Shown here piece by piece: positions 34,960 through 44,352 of a stretch of DNA of 44,352 nt; positions within the stretch are counted from its first letter, which is position 1; every line of letters begins with the position of its first letter. Source of the stretch: a virus (Duplodnaviria > Caudoviricetes); IMG/VR virus record IMGVR_UViG_3300047504_000019, positions 1-44,352 of that record. One strand, given 5' to 3'. The translations under genes and the position numbers were made by a program. The notes beneath the pieces were generated by a model. It worked only from the letters and a program-made list of their open reading frames with translations, searched no databases and had not been told where the DNA came from.

Positions 34960-37335
34960 TTACTCTGTTGTGGCTACTGAGGAACTCTCACTAAAGCTAA
35001 CTGACTGTGCTTCTACTCTCTGCCCTATCATTGAGTAGAATTGGTTAAGTAATGCAGCACCCTTAACTCTCAATCTTTCTGATATAGCAAGGAACTGAGA
35101 TACAGTATTGTTGTATCCTGATGCTAACTGTACATGTCTATTCACTTTACCAGTGAACTCACTAACAACCGCATTACCCTGTACTTGATAATTAGTAATC
35201 AGAGCAGTGTACTTTCTATTATACTTATCTACCTCAGTAGCATATCTATTGATATATTGCTGTACTTCACTCTGATATATATTTGCATCCTGAGCAAACT
35301 CATCTGTTACTGCTCTGGTCTCTGCAACATAAGCATTAACTTCCTGAGCAAATTTCTCTGCTATAACTCTGCATCTCACATCATAAGCATTGGTTAGCTG
35401 TGCAAATTTATCTCCAATGGCTCTACATAAAGTCTGATATGCTTCTGCTTCCTGTACATACTTATCAATCACAATCCTACTATGAATATTGTACATACTA
35501 ACTTCTTGAGCATACTTCTCCAATACAACCCTAGCACCAGTAATGTAACCATTCATCTCAGCAACAAATACATCTGCTATAGCACTACATCCTCCAACAT
35601 AGGAGTTGACATCTTGAGCATACTTCTCTAAGATGTTTCTACTCTCTACATCATGGCAGTTAATCTCTTGAGCATACTTATCAACAACATTTCTGGATTG
35701 GGCTGCAAAGGAGTTAATATCTTGAATAAACTTATCAATAATGTTTCTGCTCTGAGCTTCAAAGTTAGTAATATCACTAGCATATTTATTGATTATAACC
35801 CCACAGGAAGTGCTGAAACCAGTAACTCCTGCTACATAACCATCTGTCTCTTGAGCATACTTGTTAATTATGACTCCACTCTCTATATTATAAGAATTGA
35901 CAAGAGCAGTACATAGAGCACTATACTGGTCTATATCACTAGCATACTTACCTAATGCACCAGCATACTTATTAAGGTCATTGGTATAGAGAGTTAGAGT
36001 AGCTTCCTTTTCTCGTATATATACAAGAGCTTCATTGATAAGCTCTCCAGCAGCCTGTACTGCAATGGAAGCATATTGACCAAATGTAGCTCCTACACCC
36101 TCTCCTGCATTAACTTCATTGATAAACGCATCACCTACGTCAAGGAAACCATCAGTTCCAGTAGCTTTGTCTATTTCATCACTTGCACAACCTAATGCTC
36201 CATTAACATCATCAAAGGTTATTGCTGGAGAATCAGGTGGAGTAGCAACTATAGTAGGAGCATCAGGAAGAGTAGGAGCAGTAGGCAACACACCACAGGT
36301 AGGTGGAGTAGGAGCAGAAGGAAATTCACCTATAGTAACTGCTGAAGGAAAACTTCCTATTGTTGGAGCAGAAGGAAAACTACCAATAGTAGGCTTCGTG
36401 GGTAGAACACCACAAGTAGGTTCACTTGGTAATACTCCTACAGTGGGAACACTAGGAAGAGCACCCATTGAAGGAGCATTAGGTAATACACCCATACTGG
36501 GTGCAGAAGGAAAAGCATCTATTGTAGGAGCATCTGGAAGAGCATCCATAGTGGGAACACTAGGGAATACTCCTATTGTTGGCACAGCAGGAGCATCTCC
36601 TATAGTTGGCTCAGTAGGGGGAGTGATAGCACCAGGTAATGTAAGAGTATATCCAGCTAAGGCAGTCAAGGCATCCTGCATAGTTGTTAATCCACTAACT
36701 GCTTGTTGTGTATAGTAATCAGCTTTATCATAGAGAGTATTCCCTATAGCACCTGTCATTACTATCTCATCCAAATGAGTACCATATCCACCTTCTGCAA
36801 AGAAAGTGGGAGCATCAAATCGTTTAAGGTAATGAACTCTTATCTTCTGGTTAGCAACAAAGGTAATACCCCCCTTTACATGAAGATAATCTCCTATAAC
36901 TTCATAAGGAGCAAATGTACCCTGTGGATATTCAACCTTTTCTATACGGATACAGTCTGTGATATGAGTGTTAATCTCTACTAGAGTTCTATCTAATGTA
37001 TAAGCAATCGTATAACTACCATTAGCTAATCCTGTAACTATACCAGTGAGATAATCTATGGAATAATCTGTATCTCTTACTTTCCCTGTTATTGTCTCTG
37101 AATAAGGATTGATAGGATGATATGCAGTAGTTCCAGTACCAGAGGCTATTGTCAATGTCTCCCCTGTTACATCATCTCCTAAAGCAAACTCTACAATAGC
37201 TTTACTGGGAAGTAATCTACTCATCAGGGATACAGCTTTATAGATAGAACGAGTTATTTCATCTTCAGTATATATATCTCCTGTGGTATCTTGTAACTCG
37301 ATTCTAACTGCATTGATTAAATCACTGAGTACCAT
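34960..37335 (-). CDS. Head-tail adaptor-like protein extended by Pro-rich 9-aa repeats and 18-aa helical repeats
   Basis: Adaptor-type start LSDLINAVRIELQD...YTEDEI; repeats such as FPSAPTIGS and IINKYASDITNFEAQSRN. Confidence 0.7.
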   Translation of the reverse strand: MVLSDLINAVRIELQDTTGDIYTEDEITRSIYKAVSLMSRLLPSKAIVEFALGDDVTGETLTIASGTGTTAYHPINPYSETITGKVRDTDYSIDYLTGIVTGLANGSYTIAYTLDRTLVEINTHITDCIRIEKVEYPQGTFAPYEVIGDYLHVKGGITFVANQKIRVHYLKRFDAPTFFAEGGYGTHLDEIVMTGAIGNTLYDKADYYTQQAVSGLTTMQDALTALAGYTLTLPGAITPPTEPTIGDAPAVPTIGVFPSVPTMDALPDAPTIDAFPSAPSMGVLPNAPSMGALPSVPTVGVLPSEPTCGVLPTKPTIGSFPSAPTIGSFPSAVTIGEFPSAPTPPTCGVLPTAPTLPDAPTIVATPPDSPAITFDDVNGALGCASDEIDKATGTDGFLDVGDAFINEVNAGEGVGATFGQYASIAVQAAGELINEALVYIREKEATLTLYTNDLNKYAGALGKYASDIDQYSALCTALVNSYNIESGVIINKYAQETDGYVAGVTGFSTSCGVIINKYASDITNFEAQSRNIIDKFIQDINSFAAQSRNVVDKYAQEINCHDVESRNILEKYAQDVNSYVGGCSAIADVFVAEMNGYITGARVVLEKYAQEVSMYNIHSRIVIDKYVQEAEAYQTLCRAIGDKFAQLTNAYDVRCRVIAEKFAQEVNAYVAETRAVTDEFAQDANIYQSEVQQYINRYATEVDKYNRKYTALITNYQVQGNAVVSEFTGKVNRHVQLASGYNNTVSQFLAISERLRVKGAALLNQFYSMIGQRVEAQSVSFSESSSVATTE

Positions 37336-37339
37336 ATAT

Positions 37340-37579
37340 CTACTCCTCTATCTTAATTATATCATATTCTCTCTGCTTTTTCAACCCACTCTTATATCTC
37401 TTTATATTAGCAGAGAGGCTATCTAAACAACTTTCACAGATACTAACAACTCTTCCATTGTTGAGTCGTATCTCTGCTACTATAACTCTTATACTATATT
37501 TACAATCCTTAACTTCACAATAACCTAATCTCAGATTATTATGAGGTTTATCTGCTTCTCTTCTCTTTGGAACTTCCAT
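37340..37579 (-). CDS. Small zinc-binding hypothetical protein
   Basis: CEVKDC...CESC. Confidence 0.6.
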   Translation of the reverse strand: MEVPKRREADKPHNNLRLGYCEVKDCKYSIRVIVAEIRLNNGRVVSICESCLDSLSANIKRYKSGLKKQREYDIIKIEE

Positions 37580-37587
37580 TTATTCCT

Positions 37588-38481
37588 CTAATAAGCTACT
37601 GGAATAGGATGCTGTGGTGGATTTAAGTAATAGAATCTACCCATCCTACCTCTTAATATTTGAATCTTATTAAGTATATTAGCTGTGGTATTGCCCCATA
37701 TACAAGGAGATGGAATAGGTTCAGGTGGAGTATCATCAATATCTTTAGTGAATGTAACATAATGAGCATCATATCCACCTCTCTGCTTAAATATATCTAT
37801 TGCCTCAAAAGGCATGATATATAATCCTTTATCCCCCCAATCAGTTCCCCAACTATTAACACCATAGAAGACTCCTTCTATTCTATCATATCCATAAAAA
37901 CAAGTTTCATGCCCACCAGCTTCTATACTATTATTAGTAGGCTTAGCTAACCTTCCACAAGCATCAGTAGTCCCCCATTCATAGAACCAAGGTGAACCGA
38001 TTGATACAAAGTGTCCTGAAGATAGAGCATCACATATACCATCCACACCATCAACACAACGATAGTAAGCAAATCCCTTATACTTATCTGCTTCACTTAT
38101 CTTCTCTGTTGAAGGAGCAGTTCTATCAAATCCAGTATAAGGCCAGAAGTGCTCTAAGAGTATGCCATGTTGTAATGTCCAATCTAGGGCATCTTTAGGA
38201 TAGCATCCATTATCAATGGGTAGTGTACCTTCTATGAATCTAGCTCCATTATAGATATATGTAGGACTACACCACTCTGTGTATATTCCTAGCACCTGTT
38301 TTACTGAGTTAAGATTGATACCTATTCCATGACCTACACAAGAACCACAGTTACCTTGGTCTCTCACAGGAGTTAAGAACTGTGCTAGAGATGTTCTATC
38401 AGGAAGAGCAACTAATCTCCTCTTATGCAAAAGGTCTTTAGGGTCATATTTATCTTTCTTCCAACCAAATGATTGTTCCAT
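37588..38481 (-). CDS. Papain-family (C1) cysteine peptidase
   Basis: VRDQGNCGSC (Gln, Cys), GGH, GY and NSWGTDWGDKG. Confidence 0.93.
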   Translation of the reverse strand: MEQSFGWKKDKYDPKDLLHKRRLVALPDRTSLAQFLTPVRDQGNCGSCVGHGIGINLNSVKQVLGIYTEWCSPTYIYNGARFIEGTLPIDNGCYPKDALDWTLQHGILLEHFWPYTGFDRTAPSTEKISEADKYKGFAYYRCVDGVDGICDALSSGHFVSIGSPWFYEWGTTDACGRLAKPTNNSIEAGGHETCFYGYDRIEGVFYGVNSWGTDWGDKGLYIMPFEAIDIFKQRGGYDAHYVTFTKDIDDTPPEPIPSPCIWGNTTANILNKIQILRGRMGRFYYLNPPQHPIPVAY

Positions 38482-38482
38482 T

Positions 38483-38746
38483 TTAATACCACCTTATATT
38501 TGTTATTTTAAGTATAGTAAATACCCATAGAATTGTAATTCCAAGGCAGTAGATAAAGAAGGCTTCCCACCAATCCTTATCTCCCTCATGTGTATATTGA
38601 TTCTTATCATTCCATTTCTCCCACCATCCAAAAGTAAACAATAGTGCTAATCCTGCTGGGAAGAACAACCAAGAGAATCCTGTGCATAGCACTCCAAACA
38701 ACCAATGTACTATTGTTGTCTTCTTTCTTAAATCATATAATCTCAT
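38483..38746 (-). CDS. Small multi-TM membrane protein, holin candidate
   Basis: Two to three hydrophobic segments, adjacent to the peptidase. Confidence 0.55.
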   Translation of the reverse strand: MRLYDLRKKTTIVHWLFGVLCTGFSWLFFPAGLALLFTFGWWEKWNDKNQYTHEGDKDWWEAFFIYCLGITILWVFTILKITNIRWY

Positions 38747-38823
38747 AATATCACCTAAGCAAGTATAGGAAGTACATCCTTTAGGTTGCTTTACCTCTAG
38801 TTATACTTCCCATTAAAATCAAA

Positions 38824-38994
38824 TTACTTCTCTGGTATTAACTTTAATGCCCTTCCAACTGGGGGCAATACCCAGACAGCACTCAAGAGAGCTAAAAAGA
38901 CATCTTGAGGAACTGCTCCCAAATTCAACCAAACTGTTCCAAAATAACCCCCACCAAAAACTATTGTTGCTACTATCTTTACCCAATCAGTCAT
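38824..38994 (-). CDS. 56-aa two-TM holin-like protein (not in ORF track)
   Basis: AAGGAGG RBS; MTDWVKIVATIVFGGGYFGTVWLNLGAVPQDVFLALLSAVWVLPPVGRALKLIPEK*. Confidence 0.65.
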   Translation of the reverse strand: MTDWVKIVATIVFGGGYFGTVWLNLGAVPQDVFLALLSAVWVLPPVGRALKLIPEK

Positions 38995-39056
38995 ACTTAT
39001 CCTCCTTTATCTTAAAATAGGATTGTATTCCTATACTCGCTCTAAATTAGGAGTAT

Positions 39057-39281
39057 CTACTCCCTTAATTTCACTATCTTCCTTATCATTCTACAATAAG
39101 CCTTTACAGTTAGAATACCAATAACAAGGCTTACCAGCAGGAAGAGGACAAAGAGAAACCAGTTTCCATTCTCTGTCGCCCTGCCTAATAAAACTGCCGT
39201 AAATAAACCCATCAAGTAATCTACTTGAACCAATAGGTTGTATTGTGTTTCTATCTGGAGGTTCATCTGTTTCCTCCACAA
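39057..39281 (-). CDS. Small two-TM membrane protein
   Basis: Hydrophobic segments with a basic C-terminus; start uncertain. Confidence 0.45.
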   Translation of the reverse strand: MWRKQMNLQIETQYNLLVQVDYLMGLFTAVLLGRATENGNWFLFVLFLLVSLVIGILTVKAYCRMIRKIVKLRE

Positions 39282-39426
39282 TCCTGATTATCTCATTCAT
39301 ACTATCCCTTTTATTTCCCCTGTAAGGCACTTTAGAAGACCAAGAAAGGCTATGAAATCCTTTTGGGGTATCTTTACACACCCTGACCTATTTCATCCCC
39401 TTTCTTGAGCTTCTCATCATTTTTCT

Positions 39427-40329
39427 TTATGCTGAACCTCCATAAATACGTCTTTCATTTCCATCAGAATCTATATAACAGAACTCCATACCATACATGG
39501 GATATATTGTATTCAATGAGCATTGACCTGCAAGTTTACCACTAAGTCCAGTTAAAGTCCCCTGTATTCTACGTTCATTTCCAGTAGAATCTACATAACA
39601 GAAATCAGTGCCTAACATTGGCTCTTTTGTATTGATTGATATTTGACCTGGAAGTTTATCATCTAATCCTGTCAATGTTCCTTCCTTTAATCTTTTAGTC
39701 CGAAACGCATCTAAATAAGCAAATTTTGTACCCTCCACCCAGATATAACCTCCAGGTTGTGGGATAATAAGTTTTGTATCAAATTTCTCTTGAAGATAAA
39801 ATTCCTGATAGTGGTTTACACCTGGTGGACTTGCGGATACATCTGTGGAGGAACGAAGAGCTAATGTTACAATACCTCCTACTTTACTTTGTAAGAAAGC
39901 TAGACCTGTTGCATTAAAAACTATTGAATAGTGAGTATATTCCTGAAAACCATCAGCAGGAAAAGTGGCAGAACCAAGAACTGCGGTCATTGACCCTATT
40001 ACACCATAATCAGAAGTTGCACCTGTCAATCCAGTACCATTAAAAACATAACCATCAAATACATCAGTTGCCCAATATCCAAATGAGTTTATTGCTGCAT
40101 AGAAAATTTCATCAGCAGGAGATAAAGAAGAAAGGTCGAAACTGAGAATATCTCTGCAAATACGATATAGATGAACAGGAGGGTATCCTGACATAATATG
40201 AATTTGACCTGTAACCGCATACCCGTATGGCGTGATAGAATATTCTGCTATCTCCGCATTATGAGCTACACTATAATCTACATCTGTGTAGCCAAGTTCT
40301 CGTCTAAATATAGGATAAAGTGCTCCCAT
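39427..40329 (-). CDS. Tail fibre/adhesin: beta-sandwich domain plus ~39-aa C-terminal repeats
   Basis: R..LSFDLSSL motif; repeated GTLTGL..KL.GQ.S.NT..PM.G..FCY.DS.GNERRI. Confidence 0.65.
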   Translation of the reverse strand: MGALYPIFRRELGYTDVDYSVAHNAEIAEYSITPYGYAVTGQIHIMSGYPPVHLYRICRDILSFDLSSLSPADEIFYAAINSFGYWATDVFDGYVFNGTGLTGATSDYGVIGSMTAVLGSATFPADGFQEYTHYSIVFNATGLAFLQSKVGGIVTLALRSSTDVSASPPGVNHYQEFYLQEKFDTKLIIPQPGGYIWVEGTKFAYLDAFRTKRLKEGTLTGLDDKLPGQISINTKEPMLGTDFCYVDSTGNERRIQGTLTGLSGKLAGQCSLNTIYPMYGMEFCYIDSDGNERRIYGGSA

Positions 40330-42269
40330 TAGTCGTACATATCCGTTCCTACAGGAATTTTTAATCTATCTGAAAAGTAGCCACCAGGGGCTTCAAATTT
40401 TGCGTTAGCTATTACCTTGCCTTGTCCACCTGGTCTCTCAACCCAAGTATTAAGTCGTAAATCACCACAAGCATGAATACGTATATCGGCAAACCCTGTT
40501 CCAGAAAGGAGAAGTTCATCCCCTGTAATTTCAAGAAGATATGTTGTACCCCCTGCGGTAAAAGTTAAACCAGATTTATCTACTATTAACGTTCCACCAC
40601 CAGCATAGAATCTACCATCAGTGCCAGAGTACCATTGTATATTATCAGGCCATGAGATACCTCCTTGATATTGAATCCCAGCCATACACCCTATACCACT
40701 CTCATCTAGCCACAGTCTCCATCCTGTAAAGTAACTTAAATTATTCTCATGTCCTACTTCAAACTCACCAAGTCTGATTTCACCTGCATTGATAAGTCCA
40801 AGATTAGCAGTTATAGCTGATAAAACATCTATATATAGGTCTGCTCCCTTAGTACCAATGACTATCAATGCTTCTTCCCCATTGACTCCCTTTTTGAAAA
40901 AACCAATGAGTATCCTTTCATGTGATACTGTTTGGCTAAATTGTTGAGTCCATTCAATAACTCCAGTGTCTGCCACAACATCATAGTAGGCATAATATAC
41001 ATCATCATTAGCTAAATGCTTAGAACCAGAGTTCACATCCCACACAGACCCATCAGCAGTCTTAATAGTTCCTGCTGTCCAAGTTATATCATCATCATCA
41101 ACAGCAGTAAAGTCAATATCTATAATTGCAGGTAAGTATGCTGGGAGAAAATCAAAGGGTGGTGTGACAGGAGGAGTTACAACTGGAGTAATAATAGGGG
41201 CTGGTTCTGGAACTTCTCCTCCTGCCTTACCTGCTACTCCACCTAAAGTGAACTCAGTTCTATATACTCCTCTATCATATACTCTTCTAATTCCATAAAT
41301 AACACCAGTCACACTATTCCCTCTTGCATCTGTACCCTGTATCTTCTCTAATAATGTCTGATTGGTAGTATGAACAGTAACAATGAATCCCTGTGCTCTC
41401 TGTGATTGCATCTTCTTCAATATAGAATCTGCTACAGCATTACAATCTTCTATTGATGTTAGAGAACCAGAGTAATCCTGTTGATGATAGTCAACCCAGA
41501 TACCTAAAGCAGTATGAGAGGCATCATCTTGAGCACTTCCTACATAAACTATTGGAGATTCCTCTTGAAATAAAGTTGATTCAGGGTCAAGGGCTTCTAC
41601 ATACACCCTATTAGGCAATGTGACTCCAGTATCTGATATAGTTACAGATGTAGCATCATCAGTATCATAAGAATTAGCTAGAGGTAATGTAGATGGGTCA
41701 ACATAGGTGAATACAGTACCATTTACTCTAAGAAATCCTGGAGTATATCCTAATGCTTCTTGAACTCCCTCAAAAGCATTATTGATAGCCATAACTGGCT
41801 TCAATACTGTAGGCATAGCTCCACCATTGGAGAGAGTGCCTTCTATAGTTTGAGATAATATAGTAGATATAATAGTAGATACAGACTTACCATAATAATT
41901 AACAAATCTTGTATATGGATTTCCCTCTTCATCCAACATTGCTGGATTATTCCACTGTTGTGCTACAATGTTAGCTTGACATGTTCTTAATAGAGTCCAA
42001 GCATCAACACAGATAAGCCTTAATATCTTCTTTCCCTCTCTGCTGTCATGCCCTTGACTCCATACCCAGCAAGTAGGTATTCCACCACCAGGAGTCATAC
42101 TAAAGGATATAGACTTCCCCTCATAATCAGCAGCATCTAAGCTACCATCACTGTTATCTAGCTCAACTACTACCCTACAACCAAATATCTGCTCATCAGT
42201 ATCCAGTTTAGATACTATAGCAGAAGGATTTACTGATACTGTAATTACTGGTGTGATACTAAGACCCAT
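40329..42269 (-). CDS. Tail hub/spike structural protein
   Basis: Hub-like N-terminus, Pro/Thr linker, and the LSAITANLG motif of tail tip proteins. Confidence 0.65.
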   Translation of the reverse strand: MGLSITPVITVSVNPSAIVSKLDTDEQIFGCRVVVELDNSDGSLDAADYEGKSISFSMTPGGGIPTCWVWSQGHDSREGKKILRLICVDAWTLLRTCQANIVAQQWNNPAMLDEEGNPYTRFVNYYGKSVSTIISTILSQTIEGTLSNGGAMPTVLKPVMAINNAFEGVQEALGYTPGFLRVNGTVFTYVDPSTLPLANSYDTDDATSVTISDTGVTLPNRVYVEALDPESTLFQEESPIVYVGSAQDDASHTALGIWVDYHQQDYSGSLTSIEDCNAVADSILKKMQSQRAQGFIVTVHTTNQTLLEKIQGTDARGNSVTGVIYGIRRVYDRGVYRTEFTLGGVAGKAGGEVPEPAPIITPVVTPPVTPPFDFLPAYLPAIIDIDFTAVDDDDITWTAGTIKTADGSVWDVNSGSKHLANDDVYYAYYDVVADTGVIEWTQQFSQTVSHERILIGFFKKGVNGEEALIVIGTKGADLYIDVLSAITANLGLINAGEIRLGEFEVGHENNLSYFTGWRLWLDESGIGCMAGIQYQGGISWPDNIQWYSGTDGRFYAGGGTLIVDKSGLTFTAGGTTYLLEITGDELLLSGTGFADIRIHACGDLRLNTWVERPGGQGKVIANAKFEAPGGYFSDRLKIPVGTDMYD

Positions 42270-42461
42270 TTATTGCTCCCTAGTTACTTTATTCTCTCTT
42301 ATACGTCTGATACGTTGTGCAATCTTATTGAGGTCAACATGACAGTGACCATCAGGACATGAATATATCTCATCTGCATAATCAGCCTCACATCGAGGAC
42401 ATAAGAGTTCATCACAATCCGTTGGTTCATTACAAATTCTGCATCTACATGAGCTTGACAT
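42270..42461 (-). CDS. Small Cys-rich zinc-binding protein
   Basis: CRIC, CPRC, CPDGHC; AAGGAG RBS. Confidence 0.6.
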   Translation of the reverse strand: MSSSCRCRICNEPTDCDELLCPRCEADYADEIYSCPDGHCHVDLNKIAQRIRRIRENKVTREQ

Positions 42462-42492
42462 TTTCTTCTCCTTTCCTCTTCAATTAAATACT

Positions 42493-42921
42493 TTATTGTA
42501 AAATAAAACCCCCATATTCTATAGTAATTATAGCATCATCTCCTATTCCATCTTGAGCCTGTACTTTAGTCCTATACCAGCCTACTTCACTGTCTTCCTC
42601 TGAAGTCCAGTAATAGATATACATTCCTGTAGCATCCTTAGTCATCACTACCTCATCAAGGATTGTTGTCTCTGTAGGAGGTCTAGTTGAGGTATCTACG
42701 TGAACTAAGGTTAGTAGAACATCCCCAGTAGGGTCAGTCAAGACACCCCCAAGCTTTACCTCTGCCCATATAGGTACAGTTTCAGGTCTCTGCCAATTCC
42801 TCTTTATTGTCATATCTTCTCCTCCAGTCCATATCTTAACACAATGATATGGCTCTGTAAAGATTTGTATTCTGAACCATTGATAAGGGAAATCTATTGG
42901 AAATGTATAGGGAAAGCCCAT
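42493..42921 (-). CDS. Ig-like (BppU-like) virion protein with a second in-frame start at 42813
   Basis: FPYTFPIDF leader; LTDP...TGMYIYYW...GWYR; internal GGAGGA-6 nt-ATG. Confidence 0.6.
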   Translation of the reverse strand: MGFPYTFPIDFPYQWFRIQIFTEPYHCVKIWTGGEDMTIKRNWQRPETVPIWAEVKLGGVLTDPTGDVLLTLVHVDTSTRPPTETTILDEVVMTKDATGMYIYYWTSEEDSEVGWYRTKVQAQDGIGDDAIITIEYGGFILQ

Positions 42922-42933
42922 TTATTATCCTCC

Positions 42934-44352
42934 TTATCCTACAATGATTCCAAATGAATGAGCAAGGACTAATATCTCCTCACTTCCCCAATCCAGTAAA
43001 TCATCCCTTTCAGTTTCATAAGTTGCTTTTAGCCAAGCTGCTGACCGCAGAGTGTAGGAAATCCTGATTTCATCCAGCTTGCCATCAAACCAGTATGCTT
43101 TGGCAGGTGGTAGAGTTGTATCATACCCCAAGTTACCAATAAACAGATGTGCAATAGTATCTAGGGTATCATCATTGCTTACTATGCTTAATGGACTTCC
43201 ATTTGCAGCACCGTTGATATAGACTTGACCGTTCCCATCTCGGTCAAAACTGCAAGCTAAGTATCGCCACGTGTTATCTGTAACTGTGCTACTTGAGCCA
43301 GGCCACACAGCAGCGACCGTAGGGTAATTCTCCCTGATACCCCCATAGAGATAATCATTACTGTGGAAGTCGAGACTCCATCCCCTCTTGTCCGCAGCCG
43401 AAACTTTAGCCATAATGTAATCTATGCCACCAGATGTATCTCGACTAGCCCAAGCCTCAAGAGTGAAATCAGAAATGGAGAAATCTGGATATTGAGGTGC
43501 ATACAGGTAATCATCAGAGCCGTCAAAATCAAGCGCCTTACCTATCTTGCCGTCAACAAGGTCTTCGCTGAGCATAGACCCACCAGAGGTTGCATAGGGG
43601 GCGTTTTGCTGGCTCGTTGCTAAAACATCAGCTACCCAGGTCTTTTCATAGTCTTCACTGGGATAATCGTCTCCTGTTGTGTAAGCTAGAACGAGACTGC
43701 TATTTTGTTCAGCATACGAGCAGGTCAATATCCCAACCTCCGCTATGGTTTCCCTGCTAGTGTGCCAATTAACAGGACTACCCCAAGAGCCACTTGTACA
43801 TTTTTTATAGTAAATATCTGTTAGCGCAGGGGTTTGCCCATAATACCCATCCATCCAGAAGCAGTATAAATCTCCAAGGGAATCTTTCCCTAGGCAAGCC
43901 TGACATGAGCCAGCTTTCTTTGCCTTGATTTCCGCTTCCGAACCCCAACCTGTACTAGAGTCTCGCTTGCGATAATATGTGCCACCGTAATCTCCATAGC
44001 CCGTATCCCAAGCTCCATAGGTTAAGTGAACATCGTCTCCTCCTGCGACAGCAGATATTGCCCTCCCATAAGTGTAATGAGCTGTTACAGTCTCTTGTGA
44101 GCCAAGCCATGCACTCCCGTTCCAGATGTCTCCAGTGGCATAGTAGATTCCACCAGCAGTTCCGCTCGAATGAGCCATAGCATACATCTTCCCACTTGTG
44201 AGAGGCACAAGTGTAGGCCAGCATGGTACTCCCGTTCCTGTATATTCTGGGCCAATTTGCTTTACACCCACATCTCCATCAGTTGACCAAGTACCATCGT
44301 CCTTAGCGTTCTTTATTACCCAAACCTTGCCTTCCAGGGGACTAGCAACAGT
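42934..44352 (-). CDS. C-terminal part of the receptor-binding protein (propeller-like repeats plus LamG/concanavalin A domain)
   Basis: IYY(R/K)K...W.S repeats; GKIGKALDFDGSDDY, FTLEAW, W.YLA, YING and FDGKLDEIRIS. Confidence 0.9.
   Translation of the reverse strand, partial: TVASPLEGKVWVIKNAKDDGTWSTDGDVGVKQIGPEYTGTGVPCWPTLVPLTSGKMYAMAHSSGTAGGIYYATGDIWNGSAWLGSQETVTAHYTYGRAISAVAGGDDVHLTYGAWDTGYGDYGGTYYRKRDSSTGWGSEAEIKAKKAGSCQACLGKDSLGDLYCFWMDGYYGQTPALTDIYYKKCTSGSWGSPVNWHTSRETIAEVGILTCSYAEQNSSLVLAYTTGDDYPSEDYEKTWVADVLATSQQNAPYATSGGSMLSEDLVDGKIGKALDFDGSDDYLYAPQYPDFSISDFTLEAWASRDTSGGIDYIMAKVSAADKRGWSLDFHSNDYLYGGIRENYPTVAAVWPGSSSTVTDNTWRYLACSFDRDGNGQVYINGAANGSPLSIVSNDDTLDTIAHLFIGNLGYDTTLPPAKAYWFDGKLDEIRISYTLRSAAWLKATYETERDDLLDWGSEEILVLAHSFGIIVG
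44211..44352. repeat. Terminal direct repeat, copy 2
   Basis: 137/142 identical to 1-142. Confidence 0.97.

Noticed and set aside
849-44180. Plus-strand ORFs in the track (e.g. 3800-4333, 36119-36715)
   Set aside because: Antisense shadows of well-supported minus-strand genes, with no recognisable motifs.

Overview
The window is an essentially complete, circularly permuted ~44.2 kb genome of a tailed dsDNA phage, probably podovirus-like (no tail tube, sheath or tape measure recognised). Bases 1-142 repeat 44211-44352 with 5 mismatches, and a 770-aa receptor-binding gene runs across that junction. All credible genes are on the minus strand. From a control region at ~33230-33900 the order is: small early genes behind many sigma-A promoters; a replication/recombination module (AAA helicase, putative SSB, Cas4-like nuclease, ClpP, AAA ATPase, ERCC4 nuclease, exonuclease, family A polymerase, Mom-family DNA modifier); TerS, HNH, TerL, portal, a 1925-aa ejection/polyvalent protein, scaffold, capsid, cement, fibre and tail genes; a papain-like protease beside holin-like genes; and a repeat-rich adaptor. 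GAAC-N4-GTTC LexA boxes plus no peptidoglycan hydrolase suggest a Dehalococcoidia/Chloroflexota-type host (inference). The top finding is a complete 76-nt non-canonical tRNA-Gly-like cloverleaf at 16258-16333. It is built into the polA stop / mom start junction and is a candidate dedicated glycine-donor RNA and translational switch for DNA hypermodification. Other candidates: a fibre motif split across three small genes (possible strand-complementation fibre), host-LexA control without a phage repressor or integrase, boxA-like leaders, and twin AT-rich elements with swapped arms. All family calls come from motif recognition, not database searches.
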